Positions 28,802-38,753 of a stretch of 64,000 nucleotides of DNA are shown here, one piece after another (within the stretch, counting starts at the first letter, position 1; every line of letters starts with the position of its first letter). The position numbers and the translations under genes are program-made. Origin of the DNA: a phage; the sequence record OZ346222.1; one strand, 5' to 3'. The notes under the pieces were generated by a model. It did not search any database. It was given only the letters and a program-made list of their open reading frames with translations, and had not been told where the DNA came from.

Positions 28802-30171
28802 TGGAAAAAGGGCAGTATGATGTAGGCACAGATGCTGCCCTCGTTGCAATCATGAGCGGTGAGAATGTCTTCGTTTCAGGACCAGCAGGTTGTGGGAAGA
28901 CGTACCTCATCAACATGATCCAGTCAATGTATGGAGACTCTTGCATAACGGTTGCCCCGACAGGGGTAGCCGCTTTAAACGTTAATGGAGCAACAGCACA
29001 CCGAACCTTCGATCTTGCAGCAGGTGTGAGCATGGAGTCAGACTGGACCGCAATAAGGGCAAAAACAGCAAAGCCTTTGAAAAGCAAGGCATTTACCATC
29101 CTGATTATCGATGAAATCTCTATGATCCGTGCTGATAAGTTTATAGAGATGGATAGGAAACTTCGCTTCCTTCGAAAAAATGACAAACCTTTCGGAGGCA
29201 TACAGGTCATATTGTTTGGCGATTTTTACCAGGCACCTCCTGTTGTCTCTTCTATGGAGAAGGAAGCCTACTTCAACTTCTACCATACAGACCTGTGTTG
29301 CTATACCGAATCTTGGAAAGAGCTTGACCTCCACAACATAGCCCTAATAGATCAGTTCCGACAGGAGTCTATTCGATTTGCCACAATGCTCAACTGTGTT
29401 CGTGAGGGTCGTCGCATAAAAGAGGTTGTAGCAGAACTTAATGCTCGCTGTTACAAAGGCGGTGTACCAACAGACGCTCTCACAATTTGCGCCACCAACA
29501 AACAAGCAGAGGAAGTGAACAGAAGGTTCTATGATGCCATCAACGCCCCGGAGAAGGTATACACTGGGGAAATGAAGGGTAAGTTTCCCTCCACCCTGCC
29601 AGTTGAGCAGGAGATGAAGTTGAAAATTGGCATGAAAGTTATGATAACCGCCAACGATGTTGACCCGACGCACAAAGTACCTTATTATGTTAACGGAACA
29701 CGTGCCACAATTGTTAAATTTAAGAACAAGGCGGTGGTGGTAGAGCTTGAAGATGGAACACAGGTTGACATAGAGCAGAGGTTGTGGGAGAATAACGAGT
29801 ATAAGCCATCTCAGAGATACAACATTGCAGAAAGGAAGATGGAGAAGTTTATAGAGAGGGTAGTGATTGGGTCATACAAGCAACTTCCTCTGAAATCTGG
29901 GTACGCCGTAACATCTCATAAAAGTCAAGGACTTACGCTAGATTGTTACAACCTAGACCTTGGAAAGAACGGAGCTTTCTCTCCTGGGATGACGTATGTC
30001 GCTTTGAGCAGAGTTAAGACAATACAAGGAATAAACTTGTTGCGTCCACTAAGAGAAGTTGACATTATTGTTGACCCGCGAGTCGTAGAGTTTTACAATA
30101 CAACATTCCCTGACTTAGACAAAATTGTCAGGAAAGATTTTGAAACCAGAGCCGAAGAGGGGGGCGTATGA
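28801..30171 (+). CDS. Dda / PIF1-RecD-like superfamily 1 DNA helicase
   Basis: 456 aa; Walker A GPAGCGKTY, Walker B ILIIDEISM, C-terminal YVALSRVK motif characteristic of RecD/PIF1/Dda helicases. Confidence 0.7.
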   Translation: MEKGQYDVGTDAALVAIMSGENVFVSGPAGCGKTYLINMIQSMYGDSCITVAPTGVAALNVNGATAHRTFDLAAGVSMESDWTAIRAKTAKPLKSKAFTILIIDEISMIRADKFIEMDRKLRFLRKNDKPFGGIQVILFGDFYQAPPVVSSMEKEAYFNFYHTDLCCYTESWKELDLHNIALIDQFRQESIRFATMLNCVREGRRIKEVVAELNARCYKGGVPTDALTICATNKQAEEVNRRFYDAINAPEKVYTGEMKGKFPSTLPVEQEMKLKIGMKVMITANDVDPTHKVPYYVNGTRATIVKFKNKAVVVELEDGTQVDIEQRLWENNEYKPSQRYNIAERKMEKFIERVVIGSYKQLPLKSGYAVTSHKSQGLTLDCYNLDLGKNGAFSPGMTYVALSRVKTIQGINLLRPLREVDIIVDPRVVEFYNTTFPDLDKIVRKDFETRAEEGGV

Positions 30172-30509
30172 GTTTGTGGAGAAATATCGTTAACTACGTG
30201 TGTGGCAATCCAACTCCTGAAGAGAAGGATGTTGTGATTCACGATTTTACTAAAAGATCTCGTGAAAAAGATCTACTGCTAACAAAGGTGACTGATAAAG
30301 ATCCTGCAGTAGGGGACTGGGCAGGTTTTGCATTCACATCGGACAAATACACCTTTAACAAAGGTGACTACCTTGTTGTGGATTTTAACGAAGACATCGA
30401 GGGTGCTGAACCTTACTATCAGACCCTTATTGTTGCAGGGTGTGTTGATCTCTCTGCAGGCATGCACAGTTTGATTCTTTTTGAGCTTGACTCTGAAGAC
30501 CTTGAGTAG
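30168..30509 (+). CDS. hypothetical protein
   Basis: 113-aa ORF, overlaps upstream stop. Confidence 0.5.
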   Translation: MSLWRNIVNYVCGNPTPEEKDVVIHDFTKRSREKDLLLTKVTDKDPAVGDWAGFAFTSDKYTFNKGDYLVVDFNEDIEGAEPYYQTLIVAGCVDLSAGMHSLILFELDSEDLE

Positions 30510-30570
30510 TAAGATGTGAGTATAAAGGGGAGGCCTCCTCCCCACAAAAAACTAAGGAGAGCACCAAACG

Positions 30571-31899
30571 ATGAGCAAAACCAAATTAGAACTTACCTGG
30601 ATAGGTAAAAACGAGCGCAAAAAATTAGAGCCACACATTTTGTTAGAAGACCCGAGCAAGTCTTATCACGCCAGCCAAAAAGTGACCGAAAACGATATTT
30701 TTGATAATAAACTGATTTTTGGCGATAACTTATTAGCATTGAAGGCGCTAGAGCAAGAATATGCAGGCAAAGTGAAGTGTGTTTACATAGACCCACCATT
30801 CAACACCGGGAGGGCTTTTGAGCACTACGATGATAGTCTGGAGCATTCCATTTGGCTGGGCTTAATGAGGGATAGGTTAGAAATAATTCGTAATCTTCTA
30901 AGTGATGACGGGGTAATATTCGTTCACTTAGATGATTGCGAAATGGCGTATTTAAAAGTTTTGATGGACGAGATTTTTGGTCGTGCAAATCAGTTAAATA
31001 CCATATCGATGACCACAAATTCCCCTTCGGGATTTAAGGCAACAGGAGCCACAGTTTTCTCCACAGCAAACTTTTTGCTTGTATATGCAAAAGATCGCAC
31101 CCAGAAACCGCTTAACAAAATCTATATACCTAAAGGGTATGATACCGGATATAACAAATACCTATTAAACCCGGATGATCATTATAAAAATTGGACGTGG
31201 TGCGGTATTGCCGATGCGTTTGCAAAGGCCAATGGCTATAAAGATGCAAAAGAAGCCAAGAAAAAACTGCCTGACACATTCGATGATGAATTAGCACAAT
31301 TTGCAATTGATAATGCAGAACGTGTATTTCAATCTGTTGCAATTGGTGGTGGTGCTAAAATAAAGAGAAAAGAAACTATAGAGAAGTCAAAGAAAGATAG
31401 GGATAAGGTTTATGTACATCCAAATGAGGATGTTGAAGGATTTTATATCGCAAATGGTAGGCAAATGGTCTTTTACTCCAACAGGCTTTTGGAAATTGAC
31501 GGTGATATGCAACCTGCGGAACTAATAACTGATGTTTGGACAGACATTAGTTGGAATGGAATAGCAAATGAAGGCGGCGTTAGTTTCAAAAATGGGAAAA
31601 AACCAGAAGCGCTTTTGAAGCGGATTTTCGAAATGTGTACGCGAGAAGGTGATTTGGTATTGGATTCATTCGGTGGTTCGGGAACTACTGCCGCTGTAGC
31701 TCACAAGATGAAAAGACGTTGGATCTCCATCGAGATTGGTGATCATTGCCATACCCATATTATTCCGCGCTTGGAAAAAGTGATCGATGGGGAAGATCAA
31801 GGTGGTATTTCTAAGTCTGTAAACTGGCAAGGTGGTGGTGGCTTCCGTTATTACAAACTTGCCCCGACCTTAATTGCGAAAGATAAGTCTGATCAATAA
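30571..31899 (+). CDS. DNA methyltransferase, beta-class (N6-adenine or N4-cytosine)
   Basis: 442 aa; catalytic DPPF motif near N-terminus (YIDPPFNTG) and SAM-binding FGGSGTT near C-terminus; motif IV before motif I defines the beta-class amino-MTase order. Confidence 0.7.
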   Translation: MSKTKLELTWIGKNERKKLEPHILLEDPSKSYHASQKVTENDIFDNKLIFGDNLLALKALEQEYAGKVKCVYIDPPFNTGRAFEHYDDSLEHSIWLGLMRDRLEIIRNLLSDDGVIFVHLDDCEMAYLKVLMDEIFGRANQLNTISMTTNSPSGFKATGATVFSTANFLLVYAKDRTQKPLNKIYIPKGYDTGYNKYLLNPDDHYKNWTWCGIADAFAKANGYKDAKEAKKKLPDTFDDELAQFAIDNAERVFQSVAIGGGAKIKRKETIEKSKKDRDKVYVHPNEDVEGFYIANGRQMVFYSNRLLEIDGDMQPAELITDVWTDISWNGIANEGGVSFKNGKKPEALLKRIFEMCTREGDLVLDSFGGSGTTAAVAHKMKRRWISIEIGDHCHTHIIPRLEKVIDGEDQGGISKSVNWQGGGGFRYYKLAPTLIAKDKSDQ

Positions 31900-31912
31900 A
31901 GAGTACAATCAA

Positions 31913-32218
31913 ATGATGAAACGTTATAAACCATACACTTTTGAAATCGATTTCGAACTTGACGATATGTTCACTGTAGAAGCTCAGGCAGTTGTCCAGT
32001 TGCCAGACCCGGAGTGCCGTGATTCTGATGTTGACTATTACGGATTTAGACAGATCACTGATGTGCATGTTTACCACAACGGTGAAGAGGTGGACTTCCA
32101 CCAACTGCCAAACGATATTCGCCACTCAATTTACAAACGTGCAGCCCGTGAACTAGAGTCCTATCTGGATGCAGCGACGACAGCAGCTGCATTTGCCGAA
32201 GAAGTGGGAGGTTTCTGA
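31913..32218 (+). CDS. hypothetical protein
   Basis: Start chosen at first internal ATG of track ORF 31874..32218 to avoid overlap with the MTase gene; uncertain. Confidence 0.4.
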   Translation: MMKRYKPYTFEIDFELDDMFTVEAQAVVQLPDPECRDSDVDYYGFRQITDVHVYHNGEEVDFHQLPNDIRHSIYKRAARELESYLDAATTAAAFAEEVGGF

Positions 32219-32616
32219 TGATTACAGGTGTGAAGATTCTCCAATACCACTTAACCAAATTGGAAGATGCTGAAAAAGAGCTTGCAGAAGTTCTGAATAG
32301 TGGATATACTTTGCTATCATGCGCCTGCTCAGACACCTACGTTGTGTGGACACTTATCCGGAAGGAAGAGCCTGCAGGGATCTTGGTGCCAAACCCTAAG
32401 ATTATTAGTGAGGTGGATGACTATTCCCAGGACGGCCTGCCAGAAGGCTGGGAAGTATGGGAAGGTGGTGAAAACCCTGCACCAGGTAAGTGGGTAAAAT
32501 ATAAACTACGTAGTGGTGCACAGTACGCTGACTACTCTGATGACCTAGACTGGAGTCATTCTTCACCAGGATCGTCTGCAAGTTCATATGATATCGTTGC
32601 TTTTCAGGAAGAATAA
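32218..32616 (+). CDS. hypothetical protein
   Basis: 132-aa ORF; ATG overlaps upstream stop. Confidence 0.5.
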   Translation: MITGVKILQYHLTKLEDAEKELAEVLNSGYTLLSCACSDTYVVWTLIRKEEPAGILVPNPKIISEVDDYSQDGLPEGWEVWEGGENPAPGKWVKYKLRSGAQYADYSDDLDWSHSSPGSSASSYDIVAFQEE

Positions 32617-32628
32617 GGAGATAGTGTT

Positions 32629-33111
32629 ATGTCAGCTTTTATGTGGAAAGTAGGTTACGCAGCTCCTGAAATGTGTGAGGCTTGCTTTGTGAAAATAGGC
32701 CGCGAGGATATCGACAAAGTGATCCTTAAGTTTCGTGATGTGGCTGTGATCGGCAACCGAGTGCTTAAGCACTTAAAGAATTTGAAGCTCACCAAAAAGA
32801 AATTCTTCGGGCTTTTCGAAGAGAAAGTTGATGCTTGGACCCATTGCATTCAGGAAGCTAAATCTCACTACAGCGCTATCGTTACCCCAGAACGGGTAGC
32901 CAAGATGGAAGGATTCATCAACAGCACAGAGTTTGAGTGCCTGAAAGCTGCACTTGATAGTTATCCGAAATGCCTCAAGCACTTGGACAAGTATGTAGAA
33001 AAGGATGGGGAAATGTACCTAACCCTGGACGCATATTATGAGATGCAAGAAATTTTAAATTTAGATTTGACATTGGTATCCACCGAGTATACAATAGGTA
33101 TCCGGGTTTAA
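32629..33111 (+). CDS. hypothetical protein
   Basis: 160-aa ORF with RBS AGGAG; followed by terminator. Confidence 0.5.
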   Translation: MSAFMWKVGYAAPEMCEACFVKIGREDIDKVILKFRDVAVIGNRVLKHLKNLKLTKKKFFGLFEEKVDAWTHCIQEAKSHYSAIVTPERVAKMEGFINSTEFECLKAALDSYPKCLKHLDKYVEKDGEMYLTLDAYYEMQEILNLDLTLVSTEYTIGIRV

Positions 33112-33116
33112 CACTA

Positions 33117-33150
33117 GGCCCTGCCCGAAAGGGTGGGGCTTTTTGCATTA
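33117..33150 (+). terminator. rho-independent terminator (copy 1 of a duplicated terminator sequence)
   Basis: GCCCTGCCC-GAAA-GGGTGGGGC hairpin plus TTTTTG; identical hairpin recurs at about 43512. Confidence 0.55.
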
Positions 33151-33162
33151 GGAGACAGCAAA

Positions 33163-33927
33163 TTGAAATTTATCTACAAAGAACACTACCACAAAGGTGT
33201 TGTGTGGAGCCTGTTTGACGGATCTGGTGGTGCAGTCATTGACTGGGCAAAAGCTGGGTATCTGTGCCTGTGCTTTAATGCAGAAGGTGCTGATCACGGC
33301 AGTTATGCAGAGGTGATAACCGATCATCCCAACATTCACTATGTGGATTATTGGATTGACCCATGGTTCCCTCAGGAAACTTTTTGCATGTACCCAGCTC
33401 CAGACTTTATTCTTGCATTTCCTCCGTGCACGCATTTAGCGGTATCAGGTGCTGCACATTTTAAGAAAAAGCTGGCTAAGGATCCTTTGATCCAAATTAA
33501 TGCTGTAAAGGATGCTCGGGTTGCGGAAGAGTTGGGAGAGATTTACGATTGCCCGTGGCATGTAGAGAATCCTGTAGGGGTTATGTCCACACTGTGGCGA
33601 AAACCTGATTACCGTTTTCATCCTTCGGATTATGGTGGGTATTTACCGGAGGATGATGTAAACCCCTGGTTTCCTGAATTTATAGCTCCACGTGATGCCT
33701 ATCCAAAAATAACTTGCGGCTGGATAGGCAATGGATTTATAATCCCGGCCACAAAACCTGTCCCGCAAATAGTTGACGCGGTTAGCGGGTATTCCATGCA
33801 ACACGCCAAGCTGGGTGGAAAGAGTGCAAGAACGAAGATGATCCGAAGCCTCACGCCACGTGGCTGGGCAAAAGCCGTATTCTTAGCAAACGAGCCTGTA
33901 GTAAGGAGCAGAATTAATGGGAAGTAA
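33163..33927 (+). CDS. compact DNA (cytosine-5)-methyltransferase-like protein
   Basis: Motif I-like WSLFDGSGG, motif IV-like FPPCTHLAVSG (catalytic Pro-Cys) and motif VI-like HVENPVG in canonical order; protein only about 254 aa; start placed at TTG 33163 (GGAG 8 nt upstream) because the in-frame GTG at 33133 lies inside the terminator hairpin. Confidence 0.45.
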   Translation: MKFIYKEHYHKGVVWSLFDGSGGAVIDWAKAGYLCLCFNAEGADHGSYAEVITDHPNIHYVDYWIDPWFPQETFCMYPAPDFILAFPPCTHLAVSGAAHFKKKLAKDPLIQINAVKDARVAEELGEIYDCPWHVENPVGVMSTLWRKPDYRFHPSDYGGYLPEDDVNPWFPEFIAPRDAYPKITCGWIGNGFIIPATKPVPQIVDAVSGYSMQHAKLGGKSARTKMIRSLTPRGWAKAVFLANEPVVRSRINGK

Positions 33928-35995
33928 ATTTATGGCATCTGCATACAACCGTTTCGGTGAGCCAAACCCGAAAGCAACTAAGTATAAAAGTGGGGGAAGT
34001 GTGAAACGAGACTATCGTGATGAAAAAGAGGTTGAAACTGTAGAGACTGTTTTAGAAAATACTAAAATCGTCCCTGTCCCACAACAAAATATCGGTCTGA
34101 TGGCTGCACAATATTTTGGTGTGCGATCAGCATTATCCCAAGAAGATGGTGTGACAGTCACTGCAACATATTTCCCATATTACGACCGCTACGGAAATCT
34201 GTCCGGTTTCAAAAAGCGTGACTGGACGATTCCTAAAGAGCAAAGAGGCCATTTCTCCGTTGTTGGCATAGTAAAGGCTAACTCTCAGATGTTTGGTCAA
34301 AAGCTGTGTGCATCTTCCAACAACCGTAAGCAGATTAACGTTTGTGAGGGAGAAGGTGATGTTATTGCAGCATGGCAGGCTGCATATCAGATACAAGTAA
34401 AAGGGATTCTCACCAACGCTAAAGCCCCGGCAAAGGTGAAACAGTGGGCTAAAGAGGTCCAGGACGGGATCGATGCAGTTATCAACGGTGGCGATCTGGC
34501 AGGAAAACCATGCCTGCCTTTTGTTGGAATTAACTGTGGATGTGCAAACGCAGTAGATACTTTTGCAAACAATGAGAAGTTTATCCGTAGCTATGGAACA
34601 GTTGTGCTGGCAATGGATAACGATGCAGCTAACGAGGTAGAGAAGCAAAAACACGTCATTAAAGGTGTTGAGGCCACGCACAATATCGCAGCATTTTTGA
34701 TGGCTGATAACGTTTACCACGTAGAATACCCTGGTGAAGTAAATGACCCTGACGGGGTAAAAGATATCCGTGACATGCTGAAGGCTAAAAAGCTGGAAGA
34801 TATTGTCAACATGTTCCGGCACCCTGTTAAATATGTGCCTGATGCTGTGTCGGATTTAGAAGACTTCTCTATCGAGTCTTTGCGGAAAAAGACTTCCAAC
34901 GGGGTAGATATCAGCGCAGAGTTCCCAAAACTGCAAAAAATGCTAAAAGGCTTGCACAAAGGGACACTCGTAATGCTTACAGGGCCATCAGGGGGCGGTA
35001 AAACAACTGTAGCTAAAAAACTGGAACATTGTATTGCAAGATACCTAATGGACCCGACATGCCCGAAGGCTGATGACTATGAAGAGGATGATCGTCTATG
35101 TATGATCCATCTTGAGGAGGACCCGGAGGAAGCAATTAACTCCTTGTATGCAAACCAGTTAGGGTTTGATGTTAAAGAGTTTGTTGAAGATCCTAGCCAG
35201 TTTTTAACTGATCAAGAACACGCAGAGATTCACCAATCATGGGCAAAAGCTGGAAAAATCAAAGTGTTCAAACATTTCGGATCTATTCCGGTGGACGAGT
35301 TGATTACCAAGCTTAAGCAAATGGTTTGCCTGTACCATTGCCGTTATATTGTGCTGGATCACCTGTCCATGGTAATTTCAGGGCTTAATGTTAAGGATGA
35401 GCGAAAAGAACTGGACATGGCTATGACTCAGCTGGCTGCGTTTTGTAAGCAGTTTAACGTGTTTATCTTAGTGATCGCTCACCTCAAACGTACAGAGATT
35501 GTGCCTCCTAAGGACAAGGATGGTAACCCGTTACCTTTCTGGTATCCTGTGCGAAAAGAGAATTTGCGAGGATCGGCGGGGCTTGAACAGTTGAGTTGGG
35601 TAGTCATAGGTGTCGAGGCCGAAGAAATGGTGGATCGTTCTCGTGGACGTGTCCGTCTGGTAGGTCTTAAAAACCGTCCAGCAAAAACTTTAGGTATTGC
35701 TGACACTTTGGTTATGGACCCGCACACAGGTAAGTTCCATGATGCCAGTAATTGGTACTGGGACAAAGAAATGCAAATGTTTACAGACGGAGAAGGTGGG
35801 GAGGTTGTTTGGAGACCTCAGGCTATGTTTGAGGATCAGGAGCATGCAGTTGTAGAAACACCTATGGGCAAGGTTGTGGCTGATAAGGTTGTAACTCCTA
35901 CTGTTAAGCCTGTTGACACGCAGGAAGACCTCCAGTACGATGATCCATCCTCTGACCCGGTCCCTGGTTTTGAGGATGATGAAACGCCTTTTTAA
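33917..35995 (+). CDS. DNA primase-helicase (Toprim primase fused to DnaB-like helicase)
   Basis: 692 aa; Toprim-like EGEGD and MDNDAANE motifs in N-terminal half; Walker A GPSGGGKTT and Walker B IVLDHL in C-terminal half; RBS AAGGAG. Confidence 0.65.
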   Translation: MGSKFMASAYNRFGEPNPKATKYKSGGSVKRDYRDEKEVETVETVLENTKIVPVPQQNIGLMAAQYFGVRSALSQEDGVTVTATYFPYYDRYGNLSGFKKRDWTIPKEQRGHFSVVGIVKANSQMFGQKLCASSNNRKQINVCEGEGDVIAAWQAAYQIQVKGILTNAKAPAKVKQWAKEVQDGIDAVINGGDLAGKPCLPFVGINCGCANAVDTFANNEKFIRSYGTVVLAMDNDAANEVEKQKHVIKGVEATHNIAAFLMADNVYHVEYPGEVNDPDGVKDIRDMLKAKKLEDIVNMFRHPVKYVPDAVSDLEDFSIESLRKKTSNGVDISAEFPKLQKMLKGLHKGTLVMLTGPSGGGKTTVAKKLEHCIARYLMDPTCPKADDYEEDDRLCMIHLEEDPEEAINSLYANQLGFDVKEFVEDPSQFLTDQEHAEIHQSWAKAGKIKVFKHFGSIPVDELITKLKQMVCLYHCRYIVLDHLSMVISGLNVKDERKELDMAMTQLAAFCKQFNVFILVIAHLKRTEIVPPKDKDGNPLPFWYPVRKENLRGSAGLEQLSWVVIGVEAEEMVDRSRGRVRLVGLKNRPAKTLGIADTLVMDPHTGKFHDASNWYWDKEMQMFTDGEGGEVVWRPQAMFEDQEHAVVETPMGKVVADKVVTPTVKPVDTQEDLQYDDPSSDPVPGFEDDETPF

Positions 35996-36053
35996 TGTTT
36001 AACAAAGAGTGGGAGGGGTAGTACAACCGCCTCCCCTTTAAGGAGAACTGTAT

Positions 36054-38483
36054 ATGAGTATGTGGTCTTTCGATTTTGAGTCATCCGGTTTGCTGGAAGA
36101 CCCAGATCTTTATTATCACTGCGGTCTGTTTAAAGAGCTGAATAAGAACCGTTTTATGCTGTTCCTTCCTCTAAATGACCGCACACACTACTCCGAGGAG
36201 GATATAGAAAAGGCTAAGAACTTCATTCTGTCAAAGAAAACTCTTTATAAAGATTTTGAAGTTCGCATAGCAGATTTTTCGGAGTTGGAAGGTTGGCTTA
36301 CAGGCAATTCTGACTGGTCACCAACAGCTTTGAACTGCCATAACTGCTACAGTTATGACTTTATGCTAATGGAAAGATTATCCGGTATTCATTTTGATAT
36401 GTTCCGTGATCCTAAATGCATGGGGACTATCAACGACCACCAGGTTAACCTGTTTGATACGTTGGCTATGAGCCGAATCTTGTGGCCTGATCGCCCTTTA
36501 CCAAAAGGTTGTCCGGACGCTGTATTCAACCCGGTTACTAAGAAAATGCAACCTGTTGGTCCTCACGGCCTTATGGCATGGGGCTACGCCCTTGGTAACC
36601 AGAAAGTTCAAATTGATGACTGGCGCGATCTTCCGTTGTGGAAGTATGTGGATCGTGTATTCGAGGACGTTATCATCCAGGAGCTGCTCTGGAAAGAGCT
36701 GGTAGCGGAATCAAAAGGTGTATTCTACGGCAAATCTGACATGCAGAACTTTATGTACGATCCAGCCAAAGAGAAGCCGAAAGGGTTCAAGAAGATCACC
36801 TGGAAGAACGCATTACGTCGAGGCATGCTGCAGCACTTCCTGATGGAGCTGCAGGCCCGTCAGGGTGTATACTTCGACATAGATGGAGCTATTGCTTTAC
36901 GTGACCGTTGCGATGCGTGGATGAAAGAAATCGCTGATCGTGTTGAACCACAACTACCTTTAAAAGAGCTGTCAATGTCTCAGCGGCCCAAGTTCCCTGA
37001 AAAGCCGTTTAACCAAGACGGGACAATCTCTAATAATGGTTGGAAATGGTTAAAAGATAAGCTTGGCTATCCTGTAGACATGAGTGCTTTAGAGTTCAAA
37101 GCCCCGCCTAAGCGAGCATTTACCTCTACAGGAGATGTCAGCAAGATGGGGATAAAATGGTGTGAAGAGATGGGCTGCAAAGACCCCGATAAGATGGCTG
37201 ATTTCTTGAGAGGCTATATTAAGGGCACCTCCACACCACAACCCTTACCTAAAGAGCTGATGGATCAGGCAATAAGTGATCTGCAGCAGAAGCGAATGCC
37301 TGACTGCAAGATACCTATGAAAATCAGCAATCAGGACGACATCAAGCGATACCTAATCAGTGCTGGTTGGCTCCCAACAATGTGGAGAACTAAAGATGTA
37401 ACTAAAGACAGCAAGAAGAAAGCTTTACCTGATGCAGATGTTGATGCACGAGTATATGCATATATGGACGAGCTTTTGGAGTCAGAGTATTGTGACCTAA
37501 TTATCAACTTCTGGAACAAAACTGATGCTAAGTTCCAGACAACCGTGCACAAGTTCCGAAGCTTTCCTAACTCCGAAAGGATTAAAAAGGAAGTATTCGG
37601 GAAAATACGTAGAAAAGCCAGGGCACTTATTACTTCTCCGCAACTGAAAGATACGTTTGGACACCTATGCCCAAATCTTGAAAAATTGAACGGAGAGATG
37701 GCTAAAGATATCGTCTTGTGGTTATCATTGCGAAACCGCAGATCGGTCCTTGATCCAATCAAGGAGGATAAGGTTGATACTGGTCTTCTTAATCACCCAC
37801 GTTTGAAGATTGACCATAAGCTTCCTGCTAAAAGCTCTGGATTAACAAACACTTCCAGACAGAAACACAGTATTTGTGCAAACATGCCTAAACCATCTCC
37901 TAAAGTGGTTATGGGTAAAGAGATGCGTAGTCTGTGGGGTGTTCCTCCGGGATACTTTGAGATCGGTATTGACGGGTCCAACTTAGAGCAGCTTATCGGG
38001 GCTTGGGGTGCCTTTGAGTTCGACAACGGCCTGTATTATGATGTTGTAAGTAACGGAGACGCACACCAAAACAATGCTGAGGCATATACAAAAGTGGCAG
38101 GCAGAGAGGTGTCCCGTAACGACGGTAAACCTATCACGTATGGGGTTATGTACGGGGCACAAAAAGATAAAGTTGCAGATATGTTGGACATCTCCCCAGA
38201 GTTGGGACAAAGGGTAATCGATGCACTCTGGGATGCCAACCCAGGTCTTAAGGGGCGCAAAGAGGATCTGGAGAAATTCTGGGAAGCAACAGGTAAGAAG
38301 TTTATCTACTCTTTTGATGGTCATGCTATCTGGACCCGATCTAAACACTCTTTACTTAATGCATACCAACAAAATGGCGGTGCATCGTTGTGTGACTTAG
38401 TTGGAATACTCATGCACCACCAGATGGTGAAGCGTGGGTGGTACGATGAAGGTGTTCGTCGTATTATTTATTACCATAAATAA
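36054..38483 (+). CDS. DNA polymerase, family A: exon 1 (3'-5' exonuclease + polymerase through motif B)
   Basis: 809-aa ORF; Exo I-like FDFESSG at N-terminus; motif A-like IGIDGSNLEQL; motif B-like KPITYGVMYGAQ; ORF terminates ...RRIIYYH-K-stop exactly where motif C (HDE) is expected. Confidence 0.7.
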   Translation: MSMWSFDFESSGLLEDPDLYYHCGLFKELNKNRFMLFLPLNDRTHYSEEDIEKAKNFILSKKTLYKDFEVRIADFSELEGWLTGNSDWSPTALNCHNCYSYDFMLMERLSGIHFDMFRDPKCMGTINDHQVNLFDTLAMSRILWPDRPLPKGCPDAVFNPVTKKMQPVGPHGLMAWGYALGNQKVQIDDWRDLPLWKYVDRVFEDVIIQELLWKELVAESKGVFYGKSDMQNFMYDPAKEKPKGFKKITWKNALRRGMLQHFLMELQARQGVYFDIDGAIALRDRCDAWMKEIADRVEPQLPLKELSMSQRPKFPEKPFNQDGTISNNGWKWLKDKLGYPVDMSALEFKAPPKRAFTSTGDVSKMGIKWCEEMGCKDPDKMADFLRGYIKGTSTPQPLPKELMDQAISDLQQKRMPDCKIPMKISNQDDIKRYLISAGWLPTMWRTKDVTKDSKKKALPDADVDARVYAYMDELLESEYCDLIINFWNKTDAKFQTTVHKFRSFPNSERIKKEVFGKIRRKARALITSPQLKDTFGHLCPNLEKLNGEMAKDIVLWLSLRNRRSVLDPIKEDKVDTGLLNHPRLKIDHKLPAKSSGLTNTSRQKHSICANMPKPSPKVVMGKEMRSLWGVPPGYFEIGIDGSNLEQLIGAWGAFEFDNGLYYDVVSNGDAHQNNAEAYTKVAGREVSRNDGKPITYGVMYGAQKDKVADMLDISPELGQRVIDALWDANPGLKGRKEDLEKFWEATGKKFIYSFDGHAIWTRSKHSLLNAYQQNGGASLCDLVGILMHHQMVKRGWYDEGVRRIIYYHK

Positions 38484-38753
38484 CATTGTGGCTTCATAGA
38501 GTAATCTATGTCGAATAACCTCTTTAACTGCGGGAAGCCTAAACCTTATGGCAAGGTAATCCGCAACGAAGCGCTCAAAAGAGCGAACGCTCAGAGGCCA
38601 TTCCGAAAGGAAGTAGACCAGCAAGTGCGGTCGAAATGGGAGGATTCCTGTGGTTGCTTATCATAGGAATATGAGATGGTCCGATCCTACGTGAAAACGT
38701 ATGGCTATGCACGTAATGGTGCGGGGTAGCTTAACGACCTACCTGAACTATTG
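38478..38753 (+). other. putative group I intron (about 276 nt, no ORF) interrupting the DNA polymerase gene at motif C
   Basis: Exon 1 ends in U (CAU His codon); intervening sequence ends in G; downstream frame resumes with GAT GAG (DE) to complete HDE; intron-internal GUGG about 10 nt in can pair with exon-terminal CCAU (P1 with U.G at splice site); boundaries +/- 2 nt. Confidence 0.5.

Noticed and set aside
38397-38750. Track ORF 38397..38624 (-) and the 5' end of ORF 38701..38961 (+) between the two polymerase segments
   Set aside because: They fall inside the putative intron or antisense to polymerase exon 2 and have no RBS; the plus-strand frame only makes sense from the DE codons at 38754 as polymerase exon 2.
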